From NCBI GenBank assembly GCA_951406725.2, contig OX597830.1, forward strand, positions 18,104,001 to 18,168,000: a stretch of 64,000 nt of DNA, read 5' to 3'. The position numbers and the translations under genes are program-made. Every line of letters begins with the position of its first letter. Positions within the stretch are counted from its first letter, which is position 1. Shown here piece by piece: positions 54,530 through 64,000 of this stretch. The notes beneath the pieces are model-generated. The model searched no databases, was not told the origin of the DNA, and saw nothing but the letters and a program-made list of their open reading frames with translations. This DNA is from Octopus vulgaris. Lineage: Eukaryota.

Positions 54530-56160
54530 TCTATATACTACTAAAACTCTCTGCTTGCTTGCTTGTCTGCCATTTAATACAGTCCAACTGGCACATAACA
54601 GGAAAATATTATGGATTAAGGCACCCCTGAAATGTGAATGCAAACAGAATGAAACAAGTTTTGCGTAAATCGAACCAGGGATTCCTGAGATATGGGGTGA
54701 GGGCGTATTCATAAATATCCAAAACGATGCATAATGGGAAAATACTCTGAAAATAACATAACCCTGAATAGGAAGAAACTCTAACCTTTCGATTAGAGAC
54801 ATGATCAGTTTCTTCTCCATTTTGAAGACAAACTTCACAACCTGGGCAAAAGTCTTAGTGACTTTAACTTGCCAACAAAAAAATATGAGATGTTTTTACA
54901 GTAAATGTTTCTATTTTTGATTTTATTAAGCACAATATTTTAATCATTTAGAAATATTTTTAAGTAAATGTAATTTCAAAAATGCAAGTTGTTTTTAAGG
55001 TACGTACTTATACTTTAGCTTTCTTTAAACAGACAATATTTAAATTTTTTTAAAATTATTTTCAAGGGTAGCTATTTCATAAAGGACCCATTAGTACCTT
55101 GGTGTAAAATAATATTTTCCCACAGGTTTTTCCCAGACCTCCAAACCCATTATAAGCCACTTTTTTTTCCCAGAAAAGAAAGGGATGTTGTGGACCTCGG
55201 AATTTCCTGGGAAATCCTGAGTTTCCCACCAATGAGGTTTTATTTTGCAGGGTTTTTATTTTTGTCTTTTCCATGTTGTTTCACATGCTTTCAACAAATG
55301 TGACATCAAAATCACTCGTAAATGGCTCCTTTCCCCAGAAAAGGAAATATTTAGCTGTTATTTCTAGCATGCCTTGCTAGCATGTAACAGTTATTTGCAA
55401 TAAAAGATCCCAAATAGCTGTTATGTGGTAGCAGGGCGTGCTAGAAATAGCAGCCAAAACATTCCTTTTCTGGGGAAAGGAGCCATTTATGTGTGATTTT
55501 GATATCACATTCATTGAAAGCATGTGAAATAACCTGGGAAAGATAAAAAACCTGCAAAACAAAACTCCATTGGTGGGAAACTCCAAGGTCACCACCATCT
55601 TCTTCCCCATTTCTTTTCCAGAAAAAAAGTGGCTTGCAGTGGGTTTGGAAGTGAGATATGTTGAAATGCACTTGAATAAAACCTGTGGAAAAATTTATTT
55701 CAGACCGAAGTATGAACAGGTTTTTTACAAAATATTTACCCAAGATCAGGACAGGCATGCAAATAGAAGGATCAATGAGACCAATAAAGCCAGGGCTGAG
55801 TGCCTGGTTGAATAGAGGGAAAGCGACAGACGCAGGAGAGATCAGGAATTGGACACTCGGAGAGCCAAGTGTTTGGTGAAACAGAGGGAAAGGGATGAAA
55901 ACAGGAGACATCATGAATTGGATGCTCATGTGAATACAAATGGACTAAAACAAGTTTTGCGTGAATTGGACTATGGGTTACCGAGAGATGTGGTTTTTTC
56001 AGGTACCTTTATAAATACTTTGAAAGTAAGGTACCATTGAAATGTAAACATGAAAGGAATAACACCAGTTTCGCATAAATCAGACCATGGATTCTTGAGA
56101 TACACAGTTTTTTTGGGTATCTTGAACTATTGGTGACCCAATGGGTCACGGGTAGTCTAG
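54530..56160 (+). mobile_element. Complete non-autonomous Helitron with RepHel-like relic and internal foldback
   Basis: A|TCTATATACTACTAAAA 5' end; 3' hairpin GTGACCCAATGGGTCAC (56133-56149) then CTAG|T; no TSD; removing it restores ccaaa|tttccct of a host repeat; DQFLLHFEDKLHNLGKSLSDFNLP at 54803-54874. Confidence 0.85.
55114..55694. repeat. Long imperfect inverted repeat (~285-bp arms, 13-nt spacer)
   Basis: 55114-55397 is reverse-complementary to 55411-55694 (e.g. aaatggctcctttccccagaaaagg / ccttttctggggaaaggagccattt). Confidence 0.92.
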
Positions 56161-56715
56161 TTTCCCTTAAATTACATCCTGCCACCTTAAATAATGAAGA
56201 CATACTAGATAATGTTGTTCTAGACATCCCCTAAAAATCTAAAAAAGACAGGATGGTCTTTAATCATAGGTTTGCTGAATCAAGTTTGACCTTGGGCTAA
56301 ATGATAATCACATTTTCCTCATTTACCTTCATCTATATCACCTGAAAATATAGAAGTTGCATGACAATTTCAATGGTGAAACGATGACCAAATATATAAA
56401 CTTATCCAGAACACTGGATTATTTTTAAAGGATTTTCAGAGACAATAAGTTCAGTCTGTAGCTAAGCATCAATCAGTTGGTTGTACTTCCAGTCATGGTC
56501 TTTTAGTCTCTTTATTTTTCCTTCTCTTTTTTTACTTCTCTCATAGTTCACTTTTTATCAGCTTATGGCAGTAGGTGTTTCTTCCTATTGCCATTCAGGG
56601 CCCAAACCTCCAGCAAATAAATTCTCTCTCCTAGATGTAGGTAAATGGATCGATAAGTAGATACATACATACATCTCATTTATAAGTATATCATATATAT
56701 ATATTTATATATATG

Positions 56716-56989
56716 ATGGACTCTCCCATCAAAGATGATGATGAGTGTTCATGCGCAAATGACTGTTTTATAGTGATCAAATGTATGTGCTATATATTAG
56801 CTCATTCCCTCCATTAAATCAGCATTACCTGAACATGCTCATAGTGTACCACATGTCAGGTGTTGAAGTGATAGAGTAATGTTAGATGAAGCATTTTGCT
56901 CAAGAATACAACGCACCACTTGGTCTAGGAATTGAAACTACGATCTCATGATTGTGAATGCAACACCCTAACCACTAGGCCATGCAGCC

Positions 56990-56993
<4 letters not shown>
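56716..56993 (-). mobile_element. Older tRNA-derived SINE
   Basis: Minus strand catggcctagtggttagggtg...gtttcaattcctagacc...ttcttgagcaaaat. Confidence 0.65.
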
Positions 56994-57035
<42 letters not shown>

Positions 57036-57508
57036 TGCATAAATGAAAGAATGAGAGAGAGGGGGGAGGTTTGAATTTACCTAGCAGTTTGATTATATGG
57101 ACATATGGCCCACTCCCTTCCGTATACTAATGACCTATTTGTTGTTACTACTAACAATGACACACTCCATTCCAACATCAATAATACCTTCCATGATTCT
57201 CCATTAATCCTCTGCAAACAGGTGTCAGTCATCTGCTATTTTGACAAATCACACCTGGAAAATACTTTTTGCTATGAATACAGACCTAGAAAACCTCTTG
57301 CCATGACAACATAGCAGTCTAGTTAGGCTTACACTGTACATTTAACACTATCGCTACACACATCAAGAAGACTGTCTTGTACTATAGTCTCGCTAAACAT
57401 TGCCAATACACAATTTAACCCATTTGTTACCATATTTCTATAGACATACACTGTTTTTGTTTCAAATAGTTTTTAAACTAATGAAGGACTTGAGGAAAAT
57501 ATTATTAA

Positions 57509-58058
57509 TCCTCTCAGGTCAGGGCCCCTCTGTCTAACTTTTCCTTCCAACTGGGCAAAAGAATAAATAGTTGCATTCACAGTTCAAGAGTAATGATTGC
57601 AAATAGACTAATGGACAGAATCTCAAAAAATTAAGGAGAATAATGATAATAGACCTTGTTCTCAACTACTGTATTTATTCACCTGAGTTGCTACTTCCCT
57701 CATCGCTTTCACCTTGCCGCATAAGTGTAAATTCTTTGTCCAATGAATAAATATCATTAATAATTTCTTCAACTGCAATGAGTCTAAGCTTTGCTCATTT
57801 ACAAGACAAATTGCTTGGTTCATCGCACACTTGTTTCATTGCAAAATCAGTTATTTTTTTTTCGTTTTTTTTTAATTAAAAACAAAGGTAAACAACAGCT
57901 GTGGGGGACACCATAAAAACTGCGACATGATCAGTTGTCTAATTTTAGTATTTTAACTACTTTTTTCTACACGTGTTGTTCATTACTGCTTTAACGGATA
58001 TCTAGCACAGATGACGTGTAAACTATTCCCACTATAGTATGAACACAGTGTGATAGGG
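57509..58058 (-). mobile_element. piggyBac-like deletion derivative nested in another TTAA element
   Basis: TTAA|TCCTCTCA ... TGATAGGG|TTAA; minus strand has an acidic VEEIINDI..ESDEGSSNS relic reminiscent of transposase N-termini. Confidence 0.5.
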
Positions 58059-58333
58059 TTAAGCTTGTGTTTTGAACATAAATCAACATGAAATTTTGAC
58101 AGATAGTTTTAAATCAGATCACTTTAAAACAAGCTTATATCATAAAACAAGGGGTGATCTCAGGTGCTTTAGTATCAGACTCCCTACAAAAGTTAGAAAT
58201 TCACTATTTCTGACGATCTCACAATGCAACTTCACAGATATAAAATGACCAAATCTTCACCCTTTACATAACCCTCTCTCTTGTTCTCTCTCTCTCACCA
58301 TAAGTGCGGGAATGAAATTTGCTCAGGGTTTGT

Positions 58334-58480
58334 AAACCCAGTTTTTCTGAAGGATGTTCAGCACATTTCCATTGTCCCACAAAAATTTTTAGGGCGTGTA
58401 CTTGCAAACCCAAATTTTCAGGAGGATGTTCAAAATATTTCCATTGCCCCCCAAAAATTTTAGGGGGTGCACTTGCACCC
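58334..58480. repeat. ~72-bp degenerate tandem duplication
   Basis: aaaccca..ggatgttca..atttccattg.ccc.caaaaattt.agggg..cttgca twice. Confidence 0.7.
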
Positions 58481-58519
58481 ACTATCTCCCTGTTCTTGAA
58501 CCTGTCACACACACACACA

Positions 58520-58900
58520 CGTACTAGACTGTATCCATTCACCTGATTAACAAAGACTCACTCACCAACACACATCAACCATTGGCTCATAAATGTACTG
58601 TTTCTACTCTCCACCAACTCTATTACTACTTCAACAACTTCTGATTCTCTGAGTTTCCACACTGCTTACCACCTTCATTGCAGCCCATCCTCTTCTGCGC
58701 TTCTCATTATCCAAATTGTGTTTCACCCTCCAAAACTTGTACTGTGCACTTTGACCAATCATTCTTCCCCAGAACTGCAACCCACCAAAACTTCCTCTTT
58801 GCTTGTATTTTATCAAGCTGCAGAATTTTATGCTGTCGTAAACAAAACCAGTCCTACTCACTTTGCTAGCACCAGTAAAAAGTAGAAGCAATGCCCTTTT
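58520..58900 (+). mobile_element. CR1/Jockey-group LINE 3' relic
   Basis: SHYPNCVS..HFDQSFFPRTA resembles the conserved SFFPRT..WNxLP tail; 57100-57400 (NDTLHS..DLENLL) may be the upstream RT part of the same element. Confidence 0.55.
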
Positions 58901-59184
58901 TCCACCCTGTCCACCCCCATCAAATTGTATATAATAATTTAAACAAATATTGATTGATTGGTTGGTTGACTGAAGGATTTCTTCAGTCATACTTTACATT
59001 ATATAGAGAAAGGAGGAGAGGGTAAATGAGAAAATGAGGTATAGGATGAGTACACTTATTACACTTTGTGGAAGGCAGTTTGTAAATGAATGGCATACAC
59101 ATACATTGAGAGAGAAAGAATTATAGTGAGAGTGGAAGAGGAAAAGGGGGAGGGGAGGTGTGTGTGTTTGTGTATATATATATA

Positions 59185-59486
59185 TCACCGTGACTGACCA
59201 GGCTATCAGATGTTGCTACACATCGCTGGTCACAATGCGCTTCGCATTGTTTTAGCCTTCAAATGACACCACCCCGCTGGCTAAGCGAGCAGGCCAACAG
59301 AAGAAACAGTGAGAGAAAGTTGTGGCGGAAGAGTACAGCAGGGATCGCCACCATCCCCTGTCGGAGCCTCGTGGAGCTTTAGGTGTTTACGCTCAATAAA
59401 CACTCACAATGCCCGGTCTGGGAATCGAAACTGCAATCCTACAACCGCGAGTCCGCTGCCCTAACCACTGGGCCATTGCGCCTCCA
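59185..59486 (-). mobile_element. tRNA-derived (Arg-like) SINE, same head and body as 50701 but different tail
   Basis: Minus strand ggaggcgcaatggcccagtggttagggcagcggactcgcgg...aaacacctaaagctccacg...gccacaactttctctcact. Confidence 0.85.
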
Positions 59487-60371
59487 CACACGCACGCACG
59501 CACACACACACACACACACACACCGGGTTGAGTTGAGGTTAACCACAGTAAATAAGGTACTCAATAGCTTCCTGATGATTTCATTTGAATGAAACAGTTC
59601 TAGTCCTGTAGAAGCTCCTTCTATAAAATAAAAAATATATATATATAGAGAGAGATGGGGGTGAAGTACCATAATATAAAGGGATTTTATTTTAAAGAAA
59701 TAATTTTCTTTTGAAAATTAGTATTTGTTTTATCATTTTGTATAACCACTAAGAAATTAGATACTAGTTGGATTATAATTATCATACATATGCTGTATTT
59801 CTCGATATTACCCAGACTGTCAAAAGTATAATTCTAGAGTTGCTTGTCATATGATGGGTAACACTCAAGTATAATAATAATTATATGTGTATATATTAAC
59901 CCTTTAGCATTTAAACCGGCCATTTCCGGCCCAAATATTCTATTTTGTTTTATGTTCAAATTGGCCAAATCCAGCATCTCACACCTACCCTACAATGTCG
60001 TTCTAAAAATCAACAAAATAATACATAATTATTTTAAAATGTGATTAAATATGCAATGCATTTGACATAGTAATCCGAATAAGTGTACTTAGGTGTTTGT
60101 GTATACTTAATACCTATATGAGATTATGTATACAAGTATATCCATATCATGTGTGTGTATGCATATATAATATCTTGTGTATACACAAATAGATGTACAA
60201 CTGCTACTGTTGTGTTTAAAGCTCCATGGTACTACCTGACTTTAGCTCTCTGTAACTTAATGCAATAAAGTGTTCCCTGATAATTAATTCTGATTAAGCA
60301 TCAATATTCTCTTGGAGTACCTAAATGCATGCTTCCAAGCAACAATCATAGTGAAACATATATATATGTAC

Positions 60372-60995
60372 ATATGGTCATGTGTTATGTATGGATGAGG
60401 ACAACTGTAACAAGAAGTGTCACACCCTAACAGTGGAGGGAACTTGTGGAAGAGGTGGACCTAGGAAGACCTAGGATGAGGTGGTGAAGCACAACCTTCA
60501 AACGTTGGGCCTCATAGAGGCAATGACTAGCAACCAAGACCTTTGGAGATATGCTGTGCTTGAGAAGAGCCAGCAAGCCAAGTGAGATCATAGCCGTGGC
60601 CTATGCCAGTGTCGTATAACCAGCCCATTTAAGAGTACCCTTCAATCATCAGGCAATATGCTATGCTTGAGAAGACCTCTTGAGTCAAGTAAAATTGTTG
60701 TCATGGTCGATGCCAGTACCACCATACAAGTGTGGTCGATGCCAGTGGCACGTAAAAAGCACCATTTGAGCATGGTTGATGCCATTACTGCCTAACTGGC
60801 TCCTGTGCTAGTGACACATATAAAGTACCCACTACACTCTCGGAGTGGTTGGTGTTAGGAAGGGCATCCAGCTATAGAAACCTTGCCAGATCAGATTGGA
60901 GCCTGGTGCAGCCTCCTCGCTTGCGAGTTCTCAGTCAAACCGTCCAACTCATGCCAGCATGGAAAGCAGACGTTAAACAACGATGATTATGATGA
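60372..60995 (+). mobile_element. RTE LINE 3' fragment
   Basis: YGHV..MDED..GRGGPRKT codons, followed by the family 3' UTR and GAT tail. Confidence 0.78.
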
Positions 60996-61308
60996 TCTAT
61001 ACACACATATAGGCAAAATCATTAGAACATTAGACAAAACGCTTTGTAGTATTAGTTTTATCTCTTTACATCCTGAGTTCAGTTCCTCTTGTAATCAACT
61101 TAATCTTTCTGAAAGTGATAAAATACTTGTCAAGTGCTGGGGCACAGCCATCTCCTTTTCCAGTTGTTGTGTTTTAGTTTTTTCCAACAGGTCGAGGGTG
61201 GGAGTGTTGAGCAGGTGTGCGTAAGTGAACACTTAAAAAGCATTAAGCAAAAAGGTATAATACATGCTGATGTCAGATTATATTCAATTACGCATGGCAG
61301 CCTCATTA

Positions 61309-61342
<34 letters not shown>

Positions 61343-63489
61343 ATGTCTTATAAATAAGTTGACGTTTTTATAAAATATTTAAATTCACATGGAGTATATG
61401 TTAGTCTGTTTATCTCCTATAGGAACATGTTAATTTGTCTCAGCAACATGTGGTTTATATGATTCACTCATTCATTATGGCACATAGATATGAATGCAAA
61501 TGTGTTAAGTGATTTTTCACTTTCCATGTTTAGACAATCCACTGAGAGAGACTACCATATGGCTGCATGACCTGTTAGAAATATCAGCTAAACGGGCCTC
61601 AAACCATAGCCAGCCATTTAAAAAGAAATTAAAAGAAATACTGGATGACCACAACGTGGACATATTTGATAACAGAACTGTTCAATCAACACTGGCTTGA
61701 GGTTAAACTGTCATAATGATAGATTTTGAAGGTTGAAGCTGGAGGTTGTGACACCCGATGGTGTCCCAATGATCATTAAAGTGTGCTTGAAACAGCTTCA
61801 ATACACACACACAAACACGCATACACTCGCTCTGTCCTCCAGGTTTCAAATAAATTTCAACAGTTCTATTGTTAGAACAGTTTTCATTAAGAACCAGCCT
61901 AAAATTTTAGAGTTCACACATATTCAGAGATTAGATGGTGCCAACAGCTGCTGGGCTTATGTATAATTTATACAAGAAATATGATGCTAACGGTTATGGT
62001 GACATTCATGATGATGGTAGCAGCAATAAGGGAAATAGATAGTGTTTGTAGTGGTGGTGGTAGTAGCAGGAGTAGTAGTAGTAATAGTAGTAGCGGTGGT
62101 GGTGGTGAGGGTGATTGAAACAGTAAATTTAAAGCTAAATTACAACAAACATGTTACATTGAGGAAATAATAATATTGATTTCTTTGATCTAGGCATAAA
62201 GCCATTTTATTTTTATTCATTTATATTTATCGAATTGAACTCCCGTCTCCTGTGGCACATAGCTAGCTGTTAACTTATCGATCGGGGATGGAAGATGAAA
62301 GCCAGATTCTACCCTGGCGGTTTTTGAACTCAGAACGTTCCGAAGAATAAAGCTAAACATTAATCTAGTTTTGTCTACAACTCCAAGCCAATTCCACAGC
62401 TCTGTGTCGAGCATTATATACATTTGTATTGGCACCGTAGTAGGACAGACGCCAATATTTATAGGAAAAAGTAGTACAGACAGCGGAATTGATTGGCTCT
62501 CCGTAGACAGGTGCAGGTGTGGCTGTGTGGTGAGAAGCTTGATTCCCAACCACATGGTTTCAGGTTCAGTCCCACTACGTGACACCTTGGGCAGGTGCCT
62601 TCTATAGCTCTGGGTCATCCAAAGCCTTGTGAGTAGGTTTGGTAGGTGGAAACTGAAGGAAGCTCATCATGTGGTGATGATATATATATATATATGAATG
62701 TGTGTGTTTATTATTGTTGCCTTATCTTGACATGACATGATAGTGAAAACATGTCTGATCTTAGGAAAATATTGAATTACCTGGAAACAGGTGGGTGGGG
62801 TAAGAGGAGTGACATCTGGCTGCAGGAAACTGACCTCAAGTTCAACCTGACATATGCAAGCATGGAAAAGTGGATGTTAAAAGGATGATGATAATGATAA
62901 TACACACTCTCTCACACACACACAACAGAACCTTTACATGGTTGCTCAACCAGCTTGAGATATTAACCAAATGGTCATGTCTAAGATACTTTGATCATAA
63001 ACAACTTAGGATTAAACAACTTGCCATTTTTTCAGATACTTACAGACCTACGGGGGGGATGAGTGAACAGAAGATGGGAGAGCTGGTCCCTAACTAGTCT
63101 GACAGTACAGGATTGAATCAGCCTCCAAAGGATCTGAAGTTGGAGCCTATACAAATGAAAATCTATGTCCTGTAAGACTGTATCTGGTTTGTTTTATATC
63201 ACAGACTACCACCACTGCTAATAACTATTCTCTGTCATAGGACTAGAGTTGGCAGGGTAAAGTGGTTTATCTTTTGTTGTACATGTTTCGGTCATTGAAC
63301 TGCAGCCATGCTGGAGCACCACTTTAAAGGGTTTAGTCAAGCAAATCAGTTTTTAAGTTTGGTACCTATCCTATCAATGTCTTTTGCCAAACTGCTAAAT
63401 TATGGGTGGGGGGGACAAACAAACCAACACTGCTTATCAAGTGTTGGCAAGAGATAAACAGATACACACACACACACATATATATATAC

Positions 63490-63878
63490 TCTTTACTCTC
63501 TTACTTGTTTCGGTCATTTGATTGCAGCCATGCTGGAGCACCAACTTTAGTCAAGCAAATCGACCCCAGGACTTATTCTTTGGAAGCCTAGTACTTATTC
63601 TATCGGTACGGGGACTTAAACACACCATCATCGGTTGTCAAGCAATGTTGGGGGGGACAAACACAGACACACATATATACACATACATACATACATATAT
63701 ATATTACATGTATACGACAGGCTTCTTGCAGTTTCTGTCTACCAAATCCACTCACAAGGCTTTGGTCAGCCCGAGGCTATAGTAGAAAACACTTGCCCAA
63801 GGTGCCACGTAGTGGGAATGAACCCAGAACCGTGTGGTTGGTAAGCAAGCTACTTACCACACAGCCACTCCTGCACCT
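63490..63878 (-). mobile_element. SINE family A
   Basis: Reverse complement of the consensus. Confidence 0.85.
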
Positions 63879-64000
63879 TTATATATATACAGTGGATTTT
63901 TACATATATCCATATATTAAATTCACTCATAGGACACTAGTCAGTCCAGGGCTTTAGAAGATGCTTGCCCTATAGTGGGACTGAACTCAAAACCACATTG

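Noticed and set aside
55441-55929. 162-aa minus-strand ORF
   Set aside because: Lies in the Helitron interior and palindrome arm; no recognisable protein motifs.

Overview
AT-rich, repeat-dense animal genomic DNA. The tRNA-derived SINE families, RTE LINEs and (TA)n/(CA)n tracts look like a coleoid cephalopod (Octopus-like); this is inferred from repeat recognition only. Only one host coding exon is well supported: a 168-nt + strand exon (46848-47015) of a tetraspanin-13/31-family gene, followed by a perfect minor-spliceosome (U12) donor GTATCCTTT. The flanking exons were not found, so much of the window may be intron. The rest is largely mobile DNA: a full-length decayed RTE LINE with a 12-bp TSD and three C-terminal C2H2 fingers, several truncated LINEs, dozens of SINEs, piggyBac/hAT/unclassified MITEs, two complete non-autonomous Helitrons (one carrying a ~580-bp foldback and a RepHel-like relic), and Penelope-like relics with minimal hammerhead ribozyme motifs. 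A CpG-rich unique segment at ~13.4 kb carries a six-unit heat-shock element with CRE, NRF1-like and YY1-like motifs but no identifiable downstream gene. Most short ORFs in the track are microsatellite or repeat artefacts. Repeat boundaries without TSDs are approximate.
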